Shown: piece by piece, positions 56,016-64,000 of the stretch
Numbering within the stretch: the first letter of the stretch is position 1
Layout of the letters: each line of letters opens with the position of its first letter
Assembly: GCA_030615855.1 (NCBI GenBank)
Contig: JAUWYL010000002.1
Location: 1,526-65,525 of the forward strand
Direction of reading: 5' to 3'
Origin: a bacterium
GTDB taxonomy: Bacteria; UBP18; UBA7526
DNA: 64,000 nt
Program-made: the position numbers and the translations under genes
The notes under the pieces: generated by a model
Told to the model about the DNA's origin: nothing
The model's input: only the letters and a program-made list of their open reading frames with translations
The model's database searches: none

Positions 56016-58027
56016 TTTGGACTCCCTTCACTAATTTCTATTACTTTGTATAACCTATTAGAATAGAGTATATTTAGAAACTCTTTTTGTTTCACATGAT
56101 CCATTAATATTTCGAAATACTTATTATCAACCAGTAATAGCCAATGGGTAAAATATTTTTTAGTCGAATCTGTAACCTTTCCTCCGGGAAATTTCTCTTC
56201 CAACCATTTTCCCTTATTATCCATTACACACTTGGCTTCTAAATAACGATCTCTATCTGAAATCAGAAAGGTAGCTATGCAAGACTCATGCTTTCCGCTA
56301 GCAAATTTATCACCCAACAGTACCAGACGTTTTTTGATATTGTTTCTTTGAATAAACCGAATAGCTCTAACATAGTATTCGTTCCACATAATACGTACCT
56401 TATATTCTTCATCATAGAAGTATAAATTGTTCACATCATAACACACTTCCTCAAACCAGTGGTCAAGTTCGGTCTTGGTAGAGGTAGTAATTTGATGAAA
56501 ATTGTATAAGTAATATTCAAAACCTATGAGGATCATGATTAAAACTAACCAAATATATCTAAATCGTAAATAAATAAAATGGCATACGAAATAAATCATC
56601 AAGGCTAAAAATAAGGATAAAAAAAGAAATTCAAGAAGATATGTTCGCCCTATACCACCAATAACACTAAGACTAAGCCAATTAATTATATACTTCGTGC
56701 CATAAAAATGTATGCAATAATATAAAATAGCAATAAAACTTATTCCAATGATATACCACGAAAGATGCTTACGAATAAAATTGATAAGAGAAGAATAAAA
56801 TTTCTGAATCAAGAGACACATTGCATATAAAAACAAAAGAACAAAACCAATCAGACAGATAATTTTCATAGGTTCGTAACGGCCACCCGTCGAATTAAGC
56901 TGCATTCCCCAATGATTGATAAATAAAAAAATCATGATAAAAGCTGTATTCAATTTAAATTCTCTACGAGAATCATAACCTGAGAACATAATAGGCAGAC
57001 TTAGCGCAGCGATAAAATAATATAGTGGATTGAAATGATAATAATGGGTTATTAACATAAAATTTACCGAAAGTAAGATTAGCATATAAACCAATTTCTC
57101 TTCCAATGAAAAACTTGTTTGCCCGGAAACATAAATTAAAGAAAAAATTAAAAGAGTAAATAAATAAGTGGCAATCCAGGCTCCCAAAAAATTATAAAAA
57201 TATATAGCCTGTATTACATCAAAACCAAATATACCGGGCAGTCGAAATATTTTGAAGACAACGATAATAACGGTGAGAATGGTTAAAAAGGAGGAGAGGA
57301 AAAAATTCAGATTCGCTTTCGGACGTCGGGTCAACAATAAAAATATCATAACGATATTCAAGATGGAAAGATAGATGAACATTGCTATGACAAAATTTAA
57401 TATCGGGACAAATTGTATTTTACCAAATATTGACAATAAATAAAAAACAGGGGCAAATAGCAAATAATATTTATACAATCCGCCAACATTGCTAAAATCA
57501 AAGCCATAGCCACCTTCACCAAATTTGTCAAAATAGGACCATCTAAACAACATCATTTGAGCATAATTATTTTCGTCCACATTCCCGAAAAAAGTATCTG
57601 GCTTCTCAAGTGGAATCAAAAAACCTGGAGTAAAATATAGAATGGCAAACAACAAGAGCATTATTAGCGCTAAAAAACCAATGGATGAATAAGAAAATGA
57701 TTTAATCCATTTCCAGAATATGTTCTTAACGCTTGAGGTCAATTTTTTAAACGTTGGAAATGCGAGATAGACCAAAAATGCGCTTCCCAAAAAATATAAT
57801 ATGTCACCAGAAATCATACCGATTGGAGAATCCCAGTAATATATATGATGTTCCCAGGGAATAAAAAGAGAGAAAAGAAAGGATAGGCCATACTTCCCTT
57901 GCCGATGAAGAATGGGACCGATAGCGAATATCCTAATCATAATATAGGCAAATAATAACATGAAGTTAATAATAAATGAAGCATAAAAATATGTTGAAAA
58001 AAAACTATTCTCAATCTCTTTTTTCAT
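56012..58027 (-). CDS. Multi-pass membrane protein, unknown function (GT-C-like topology)
   Basis: 671 aa, more than 10 hydrophobic helices, extracytoplasmic VDENNY motif; ATGA-type overlap with the downstream gene. Confidence 0.6.
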   Translation of the reverse strand: MKKEIENSFFSTYFYASFIINFMLLFAYIMIRIFAIGPILHRQGKYGLSFLFSLFIPWEHHIYYWDSPIGMISGDILYFLGSAFLVYLAFPTFKKLTSSVKNIFWKWIKSFSYSSIGFLALIMLLLFAILYFTPGFLIPLEKPDTFFGNVDENNYAQMMLFRWSYFDKFGEGGYGFDFSNVGGLYKYYLLFAPVFYLLSIFGKIQFVPILNFVIAMFIYLSILNIVMIFLLLTRRPKANLNFFLSSFLTILTVIIVVFKIFRLPGIFGFDVIQAIYFYNFLGAWIATYLFTLLIFSLIYVSGQTSFSLEEKLVYMLILLSVNFMLITHYYHFNPLYYFIAALSLPIMFSGYDSRREFKLNTAFIMIFLFINHWGMQLNSTGGRYEPMKIICLIGFVLLFLYAMCLLIQKFYSSLINFIRKHLSWYIIGISFIAILYYCIHFYGTKYIINWLSLSVIGGIGRTYLLEFLFLSLFLALMIYFVCHFIYLRFRYIWLVLIMILIGFEYYLYNFHQITTSTKTELDHWFEEVCYDVNNLYFYDEEYKVRIMWNEYYVRAIRFIQRNNIKKRLVLLGDKFASGKHESCIATFLISDRDRYLEAKCVMDNKGKWLEEKFPGGKVTDSTKKYFTHWLLLVDNKYFEILMDHVKQKEFLNILYSNRLYKVIEISEGSPK

Positions 58028-58151
58028 GGTTTATCTCTAAACATCTTTCTGCCTTTCTTTGGCCTGTAGTTCCACAAGAAGGCCACCAAAACACCAGCAA
58101 TAAGTGCTCCAGATACCCATAGATAGAAAGGCTTTCAATTTATGATATTTA

Positions 58152-59024
58152 CTACTTTCCAATGTTTTCTAAAATTCTCACCATACTTTTTTTGTCTATT
58201 CTTCTAGGGCCATCGTTAATCTTATTGTATCCCATAATCTTGTCTGCAATCATTTCAACGTTAAAATTCTTTATCTTTGGTGGAATAAAGGATCTCTTCA
58301 ATAATGTAACTAATTCTTCCGTTGAACCAAGATTAAACAATTCTGGTAATCCTTCAAAATCCATATATTCGACAAAATGAGGAAGTAACATTCCACAGGC
58401 AGTTCCATGGCTGACACCATATTTGATTGTGATAGGATAGGATGCAGCATGCACAACATTTGTTTTAGCTATTGCTATCGCTTGCCCAGCCAGATTTCCA
58501 GTAGTTATTAACTTGTTAATATCATTTTTGCTTAAGTGGTGACTGAGCTTATTTAAATATTTGTTAATCAAATAGATGGCTTTTTTTGAGTAGTTTTTGC
58601 TTTGCAAAGTAGCATTTTTGGACCAAAGAGATTCTATAGCATGAGACAAAGCGTCAAAAGTAGTTGACTGCCTAACACTAAAGGAGAGAGCTTTAGGCAT
58701 CCTGTAATCCATTTTTAGTACTGGCTTTTTTGTAGGGATGGATATTTTTTCTCTTCCCCAGACAGTAGCATAAGGGGTCATAGATGCTCCGGCAGCAGTT
58801 GTGGGAATTGCTATACATCTTTTATCTTTAGAAATAATTTTCGCCGCATCTATAACACTTCCTCCACCAACGCCTATAACTACATCTTTACTATTTTTTA
58901 TCTCTAATACTTCTTCAGTTGGTGGTTTTGTAATCTTTAAAAAACTTACATCTCTATATTTTTTTGAAATCAGTTTTGCATAATCCTTCGTATGCTTGCT
59001 ATGAATTATCAGAGCAGATTGCAT
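58152..59024 (-). CDS. Iron-containing alcohol dehydrogenase, candidate phosphonoacetaldehyde reductase
   Basis: GGGSVIDAAK, PTTAAGAS, DALSHAIES, HAASYP..HG; start set at ATG 59024; adjacent to ppd/pepM. Confidence 0.85.
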   Translation of the reverse strand: MQSALIIHSKHTKDYAKLISKKYRDVSFLKITKPPTEEVLEIKNSKDVVIGVGGGSVIDAAKIISKDKRCIAIPTTAAGASMTPYATVWGREKISIPTKKPVLKMDYRMPKALSFSVRQSTTFDALSHAIESLWSKNATLQSKNYSKKAIYLINKYLNKLSHHLSKNDINKLITTGNLAGQAIAIAKTNVVHAASYPITIKYGVSHGTACGMLLPHFVEYMDFEGLPELFNLGSTEELVTLLKRSFIPPKIKNFNVEMIADKIMGYNKINDGPRRIDKKSMVRILENIGK

Positions 59025-59475
59025 TTCTAAATCGCCTCTTGATTTGTTTTGGTGACAAAGGTATTCTTGGTGCATCGCCTTTTTCTTTGCTAACCTTCAG
59101 GACCACTGTATTTGGTGCAATTTTTGCAAAATTAATAACATCAGAGCAAGTTGGCTGTGCGCCAGTCGAACTATGGCAACCGTTATCTAAAATGTAATGC
59201 TTTAGATTTTTTGGATTTAACTTTTTATGCAACGCTAATGTTCCCAGAGACATAAGTGTCTCTGCATCTCCCGATATGACAATAACCTTATGCTTTGAAT
59301 TAATAGCAATTCCCAGTCCGATTCCTAAAGTGCATCCCATGCTACCTTGCACATAGAAATTTCTCGGCCTGTCTTTTACAGCATAAAGCTCCCTAGAAAT
59401 CATTCCTGTAGAAGATATGATTATCTCATCTTTTACATTCTTTACTATTTTTCTAATGGCATCAATTCGTTTCAT
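58999..59475 (-). CDS. Phosphonopyruvate decarboxylase, TPP-binding (beta/ComE-like) subunit
   Basis: TGMISRELY, FYVQGSMG, GDA..MSLG, LDNG.HSSTG.QPT. Confidence 0.88.
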   Translation of the reverse strand: MKRIDAIRKIVKNVKDEIIISSTGMISRELYAVKDRPRNFYVQGSMGCTLGIGLGIAINSKHKVIVISGDAETLMSLGTLALHKKLNPKNLKHYILDNGCHSSTGAQPTCSDVINFAKIAPNTVVLKVSKEKGDAPRIPLSPKQIKRRFRNAICSDNS

Positions 59476-59810
59476 TGTATCAGGAGTTTACAATTTTTGT
59501 ATTCTAATAGTTTTAACAACCTCTTGGTGATTTTCCCCATAAAAGCGTGATGTTTAGGTTTATTTCTAACACTGATCAATAAATCTATTTTTATATCATA
59601 CGGTTTTAATAATGAGGTTATTATATCAACCATATTTCCTAGTCCACTGTTCTGGAGAAATACAAGGGGCTTCTTCCCTACCAAATAGGCACCCACAGCT
59701 AAAGCCATAGCCTCGTCTTCCCTTGTGCAGGGAATATAGTTCTCTATTTTGTCTGTGAAATCCTTTAATCTTGAACCGGGCACTCCCACGATAAAATTAT
59801 ATTTTTTCAT
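59472..59810 (-). CDS. Phosphonopyruvate decarboxylase, alpha (ComD-like) subunit
   Basis: GVPGS.LK, REDEAMALAVGAYL, LQNSGLGN. Confidence 0.88.
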   Translation of the reverse strand: MKKYNFIVGVPGSRLKDFTDKIENYIPCTREDEAMALAVGAYLVGKKPLVFLQNSGLGNMVDIITSLLKPYDIKIDLLISVRNKPKHHAFMGKITKRLLKLLEYKNCKLLIQ

Positions 59811-61087
59811 CTTGTTCCATACCTCCGGTCAATCTCTTCCACTTCTCTAATTGGCGTTAAGTCTCTCATATCATCCAAAGTAGCAGATAATTCTTTCTCT
59901 ACAGGGTAGACAGAATCGTGTTTTTTTATAATTTTCAAGCTTTCTCTTATTGCTTTGATTTTAACCCTTTCTGTCTGGTTAGCCAGAACTATCACCGAGA
60001 ATCCCGCATTAAATAATTGTTTATTTGTAAGTTGGGGAAATTTAGTGGGAACTATAACTAATGGAATCTTTGATTTCCAATACTTGGGTATTTCCAAAGC
60101 CTCTTTACCAGTCGATTCCCTACTATGGGTTAACACCATATCTGCCCCGGACTTAACATAATGCTCTGCTCTTTTAATAGCCTCAGCCATTCCATAACCT
60201 CTTATCAACGCTTCTGTTCTTGCTACTATTACAAAGTCCTTCGTTTTTTGGGCATCTTTTCCAACTCTAATTTTTGCCCCATGTTCTTCCATAGACAACA
60301 ATGGTATTTTCCCGCCCCACAGTGAATTTATTTTGGGAAAAATATTATCTTCCACACAAATCCCCGAGCATCCTATTTTTTCAAATTCTTTTACGGTTCT
60401 TATGAAATTATGAAGCCCTCCATATCCATTGTCCACGTCTACCAAAACCGGAAGGCTGGTAGCGTCAACAATTGTCTTGGCTGCGTTTAACATTTCAGTC
60501 ATAGTGATACATCCATTATCCGCCAAGCCCAATCTTGCCGATGCTTCAAATCCGGAAACCCAGATTCCATCAAATTCTGCTTCTTCTATCAACTTAGCAG
60601 TTATCGCATCACCGGCCGAAACTATCACCAGCTTTTTCTTCTTTTCTAATAAGTAGTTAAGTCTTTTTGTTCTTCTTATTTCCTGTAGCAGTTTTGTAGT
60701 TGTAATATATGGATAACATTCAACCTGTACAACTCTACATAATTTCTGTTCTTCTGCTTTTTTATATAAAGGTGGAAGCCAGTCATCTCCATGAACAGCT
60801 ATTGATACTTTATATTTCTTCAGATTATCAAACATTGTTGGCTCTCTTAAATCCATGCAGTCTTCCACGACTTTATCAACTTCCCTTATAGACTCTATTA
60901 TCTTTTTTCTGTCTTCAAAAGGTATGAGTGGTTCTCTTTTGTATCTTTTGATGACATCATCTGGATGTAAACCAATAATCAAGAAATCCCCTAATTTCTT
61001 CGCCTTTTTTATAAGTTCTAAGTGGCCGCGATGAAATAAATCACCGCCCATAGTTGCATATACCACTTTTTTATTTTTCATTTTCAT
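59807..61087 (-). CDS. pepM: Cytidylyltransferase-phosphoenolpyruvate mutase fusion
   Basis: N-terminal DLFHRGH (HxGH) cytidylyltransferase; C-terminal DGIWVSG, DVDNGYG, EDNIFPKINSL, ARTEAL, HSR, VPTK. Confidence 0.9.
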   Translation of the reverse strand: MKMKNKKVVYATMGGDLFHRGHLELIKKAKKLGDFLIIGLHPDDVIKRYKREPLIPFEDRKKIIESIREVDKVVEDCMDLREPTMFDNLKKYKVSIAVHGDDWLPPLYKKAEEQKLCRVVQVECYPYITTTKLLQEIRRTKRLNYLLEKKKKLVIVSAGDAITAKLIEEAEFDGIWVSGFEASARLGLADNGCITMTEMLNAAKTIVDATSLPVLVDVDNGYGGLHNFIRTVKEFEKIGCSGICVEDNIFPKINSLWGGKIPLLSMEEHGAKIRVGKDAQKTKDFVIVARTEALIRGYGMAEAIKRAEHYVKSGADMVLTHSRESTGKEALEIPKYWKSKIPLVIVPTKFPQLTNKQLFNAGFSVIVLANQTERVKIKAIRESLKIIKKHDSVYPVEKELSATLDDMRDLTPIREVEEIDRRYGTR

Positions 61088-61095
61088 TTCCTCCT

Positions 61096-62220
61096 TTAGT
61101 TGACTTCTTCATTAGTTCTACCTCCAAAATCCTGAATTAGCAAAGCAGCAATATCTTTATTCTCACTTATTTGCGAAGCATTAAATCTACTCCCATAAGC
61201 AATGAGGGGAATCTTTTGTTCGTGGATTGAACCGTGGGATCTAATATTTACCTCTTCAAAATCCTTCCTTAATCTTCCAAAGACTGTATTCTTATCAGCT
61301 AAAACAAAAATATCTCCTATTCTTTGAGGAAACAAATTATATCTTTGGCTGGCCTCCTGTCGGGAAATCACTTCCTCTACGCCCTCAAGATGCAATAGGA
61401 TGGCTATGGCTTGATCAAAATCGGACTTCTTCTCAAGATAGATATAAGCAGCACCCCCCATATTCTGATGATGGATAATATAGCGGTCCTTAATAATAGG
61501 AATTACTTCACATTGAATTTCCTGATCTGCCAAAATTCTACCAAGATCCAATGCTTTCGTCTTATTAGACATTCCGTGATCTGCGGTAATAATAGTTTCT
61601 ATATTAGAATCAATATTTACTATTTTGCCTATTAACCTATCGATTTCTTGTAGATAATACTCAGATTGTGCATCCCCGGGTTTAAACTTATGCATAACAT
61701 AATCCGTAGTACTAAGATACATCAAATCAATGAATTTTTTAGATAGAAGCTCACAGGCGGCCTTCAAGAGCCATAGATCTGCTTCTATTGAATAGATCGA
61801 AGGAGGAGGTCCAATTTTATCAATAATCCACTTTAAAGGTCTTTCTACTGACATAGAGATACTTGTTCCTCTATTTAAAAGTATTCTTAATTTATCTTTT
61901 GAGGTCAGGAGAGCAGAACTTCTCCCCACCGCTTTCCCTTTTTCAAAAATAGTCTCAGTCAGAATATAGTCCGCTGATTCCATATAAGTCCCTTTACCAG
62001 TTTTGGGATTCAAAAAATAATTTGCCGTAATACCGTGGATTTTGGGATAGGTACCGGTCACCAATGAGACATTATTTATATTGGTCACCGTAGGCACCAT
62101 AGCCCGAATTTCTTTATAAAATCCTTCTTTTGCCAGGCGGTCCAGATTAGGAGTAGGGCTCTTCTCAATATACTCTGGACTACATCCATCCAGGCAGATA
62201 AAAAGTAACTTCTTATTCAC
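61096..62220 (-). CDS. Phosphonoacetate hydrolase-like alkaline-phosphatase-superfamily enzyme
   Basis: LDGC, PTVTNINNVSLVTG, YLSTTDYVMH, TADHGM, RSHG match the PhnA pattern. Confidence 0.78.
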   Translation of the reverse strand: MNKKLLFICLDGCSPEYIEKSPTPNLDRLAKEGFYKEIRAMVPTVTNINNVSLVTGTYPKIHGITANYFLNPKTGKGTYMESADYILTETIFEKGKAVGRSSALLTSKDKLRILLNRGTSISMSVERPLKWIIDKIGPPPSIYSIEADLWLLKAACELLSKKFIDLMYLSTTDYVMHKFKPGDAQSEYYLQEIDRLIGKIVNIDSNIETIITADHGMSNKTKALDLGRILADQEIQCEVIPIIKDRYIIHHQNMGGAAYIYLEKKSDFDQAIAILLHLEGVEEVISRQEASQRYNLFPQRIGDIFVLADKNTVFGRLRKDFEEVNIRSHGSIHEQKIPLIAYGSRFNASQISENKDIAALLIQDFGGRTNEEVN

Positions 62221-62309
62221 TCTCTCCAGTTTCTCCTAAAATTAGTTATGCCATCCGCTATGGGATGCATACGTAGCGCCCTTCCCGCAGCAACAATTAT
62301 TGCCTTCAT
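62217..62309 (-). pseudogene. N-terminal fragment of an NTP-transferase
   Basis: After GAGGAGG: MKAIIVAAGRALRMHPIADGITNFRRNWRE*; the first 16 aa match the MKAIILAAG.G.R..P nucleotidyltransferase start. Confidence 0.72.
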
Positions 62310-62417
62310 CTATCCTCCTCTTTGTGGTAATTTGGCAGACAAAGCATTATGGGCGCCAACAAGAATAATTGGTTCTCTTCTTTTAAGTAATCTGCGGAAT
62401 GCAGCTGCCTTAGTCAT
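62310..62417 (-). pseudogene. N-terminal fragment of a second PEP mutase/isocitrate-lyase-family gene
   Basis: After GGGAG: MTKAAAFRRLLKRREPIILVGAHNALSAKLPQRGG*; FRRLL..GAHNALSAKL is the PepM-family N-terminus. Confidence 0.75.
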
Positions 62418-62446
62418 TTCATTCTCCCTCATTCTTTAAGGTTTGC

Positions 62447-63382
62447 TTACTTCTGAGCGGCTACTAAAATCATGGGGTTAAAAAGCTCGTATCTAGCAAT
62501 TTCTCTTGCTAACTTTTTTAAAATTGGCAACCTGAGATGCACAAATGGTAGGTAACATCTAAAACTCTCCACCTCTGTCTTGTTAAAACCCGCCTCTTTG
62601 AATAAATTCCTGATCCGCCGTTTAGTAAAAGAAAGCTCGTAACCAAATTTCATGTGCCTACCTCTTAGTAGCTTAATGTGGACAAACTCGGCAATCTGCC
62701 TTAAAACTGGAAATTCCGGAATATTTCCCCAAATTTGTCTATAGGTCAAGGCACCCAAATTTAGTTGGGGGACGGTATTAAAACAAATTCCTTCTCTTAT
62801 TAACACTCGGTACATCTCATTTATTGACCTTTTAGTATTTCTAAAATGCTCTATAACTCCTCCCCCGTAGATTAAATCTATGCTATTTGCTTTAAGTGGT
62901 ATTTCGTTCATATCTCCCAAAATTAGGAGGTAATTCTTAATCCCTTCCTCTTCAAACATTTTTTTGGCAATCCTTAAAGCAGATAAAGAAAAATCTATTC
63001 CTATAACATTCAACCCTCTTTTTGCCAGCTCTTGACCTAAAAACATTGGGCCGCATCCGATCTCTAAATAGACATCTCCCTGCTGAAAGTGATAGTATCT
63101 AAATATTTGATCAAGAGTATCTCTTAGTTCTTTTCTATCGTGCTCCTTTTTCTCCTCCTCATAAGTTTTACTTCTCAGGCTCTCTCTATATAACTTTTTC
63201 CACTTCTCAAGAGATAACTTTATGTCTTCAGGCAGAACATCTGGTAACATACCTATTATGTTCTTCTCTATCACCGAATAGCTTCTACGACAACTTCTGC
63301 AATAAAAGTCATTCTCTCTAAGAAGTAAACTACCTTTGCATTCTGGGCAACGGATATGATCTAACAAATTTTTATCTTTCAT
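62447..63382 (-). CDS. Class I SAM-dependent methyltransferase with N-terminal Trm112-like zinc finger
   Basis: CPECKG..CRSC, YLEIGCG, GVIEHF. Confidence 0.88.
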   Translation of the reverse strand: MKDKNLLDHIRCPECKGSLLLRENDFYCRSCRRSYSVIEKNIIGMLPDVLPEDIKLSLEKWKKLYRESLRSKTYEEEKKEHDRKELRDTLDQIFRYYHFQQGDVYLEIGCGPMFLGQELAKRGLNVIGIDFSLSALRIAKKMFEEEGIKNYLLILGDMNEIPLKANSIDLIYGGGVIEHFRNTKRSINEMYRVLIREGICFNTVPQLNLGALTYRQIWGNIPEFPVLRQIAEFVHIKLLRGRHMKFGYELSFTKRRIRNLFKEAGFNKTEVESFRCYLPFVHLRLPILKKLAREIARYELFNPMILVAAQK

Positions 63383-63384
63383 TT

Positions 63385-64000
63385 TTAATCTTCACAAAGC
63401 TTAAACTCTTCTAATGTCTTTCTTAGGGCTTTAGTAAAGACCTTTTCCCAGGTATGATTTGAAGCCAGTTTAATGGCATTCGTTCTCATCTCCTGATGGA
63501 GTCGATCATTGGTCAATAATTTAACAATTGCTTCGCTGACCTCCCTCTTATTATAATTCACTAATAAACCTGCCCTTTCTTTCTTAATTTCATAAGCAAT
63601 CCGTGGCACGGGCGTAATTATTACCGGCAGACCACAGGCCATATAAGCTTTGGGTTTGTTGACATCAGAGTAAAAACTCCAGCTTTCAGGGTCTGGAACA
63701 TAGGGAGCTACAGCCACTGCACATCTGGCCATCATTTTCTCCAGCTTAGAGTAATCTTCTATATAACCGGTAAAAGAGACTTTATCAGAAATTTTCAATT
63801 CGACAACTCTTTGTTTCAAAAGATTTTCTAACGGCCCGCTGCCTATGATAACTAATCTGGCTTTCTGAACTTTTCGACAAACCTCAGGAAAAGCCTTAAT
63901 TAACATCATTACCCCTTGTTTTTTTCGTAAATGACCGACAAAAACTATATCATAACGGTTAATTTTCTCAATGGGAAGCCTTTCAATGCGGTCAAAGTTG
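63385..64000 (-). CDS. GT4-family glycosyltransferase (start lies beyond the window end)
   Basis: Frame stays open past the ORF-track start to the window end (..YDIVFVGHLRKKQGVMML..); IGSGP, KPKAYMACGLPV. Confidence 0.88.
   Translation of the reverse strand, partial: NFDRIERLPIEKINRYDIVFVGHLRKKQGVMMLIKAFPEVCRKVQKARLVIIGSGPLENLLKQRVVELKISDKVSFTGYIEDYSKLEKMMARCAVAVAPYVPDPESWSFYSDVNKPKAYMACGLPVIITPVPRIAYEIKKERAGLLVNYNKREVSEAIVKLLTNDRLHQEMRTNAIKLASNHTWEKVFTKALRKTLEEFKLCED

Noticed and set aside
58024-58135. Short hydrophobic minus-strand frame (KPFYLWVSGALIAGVLVAFLWNYRPKKGRKMFRDKP*) ending in an ATGA overlap
   Set aside because: May be the 3' remnant of a lost membrane-protein gene, but it has no usable start and no recognisable family; too weak to call.
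9376-59075. ORF-track N-terminal extensions of rpoD (9474), HIT (14674), hrcA (21738), 36467 gene (37669), GIY-YIG (38000), radical SAM (46464) and ADH (59075)
   Set aside because: Extensions run through repeats, operators or neighbouring genes; internal starts with RBS and family-typical N-termini fit better.
1317-61635. Numerous plus-strand ORFs of 60-193 aa (e.g. 1317..1805, 13497..14078, 15708..16190, 19819..20382, 52404..52928)
   Set aside because: All lie antisense to well-supported minus-strand genes and are rich in Ser/Phe/Leu as expected for shadows of purine-rich coding strands.
62248-62439. 63-aa plus-strand ORF
   Set aside because: The minus strand carries two recognisable gene fragments with RBSs; the plus ORF has no support.
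58152-64000. Complete fosfomycin or other phosphonate antibiotic cluster
   Set aside because: No recognisable Fom4 epoxidase, FomD, FomA/B resistance kinases or NRPS in the window; the context is glycosyltransferases and membrane enzymes.

Overview
A 64-kb bacterial chromosome segment (standard genetic code; lineage not identifiable from sequence alone, probably an uncultured anaerobe) with almost every gene on the minus strand. 1-23.7 kb is housekeeping: the start of the dcw cluster (mraZ-rsmH-ftsL-ftsI-murE), RNase P RNA, a DUF433-RNase HI fusion, a Zn-ribbon protein, two tRNAs, rpoD-dnaG, Nif3-like, cvpA, yqeY, rpsU, HIT, mtaB, rsmE, dnaJ-dnaK-grpE-hrcA with a CIRCE operator, and lepA. 23.8-32 kb is a glucosylglycerate-type compatible-solute and GDP-mannose cluster. 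It also carries a nonsense-disrupted four-helix-bundle gene and the only plus-strand gene I can support, a 36-aa Lys/Arg-rich protein. 32-64 kb is a surface-glycosylation island ending in a phosphonate module: cytidylyltransferase-PepM fusion, split Ppd, Fe-alcohol dehydrogenase, PhnA-like hydrolase, CDP-alcohol phosphotransferase, two B12 radical SAM enzymes and relics of a second pepM module. The most unusual signal is non-genic. Many gene junctions from 1 to 41 kb hold arrays of 7-8-nt tandem repeats, mostly in two opposed arms, often nested and decorated with small GC hairpins. The same repeats flank the four-helix-bundle gene and occur in frame inside proteins and in RNase P RNA. Separately, a small GIY-YIG gene sits in a 374-bp element with terminal inverted repeats and a TGA duplication, and empty copies of those ends occur elsewhere in the window. 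All assignments are from visual motif recognition; no database searches were run.
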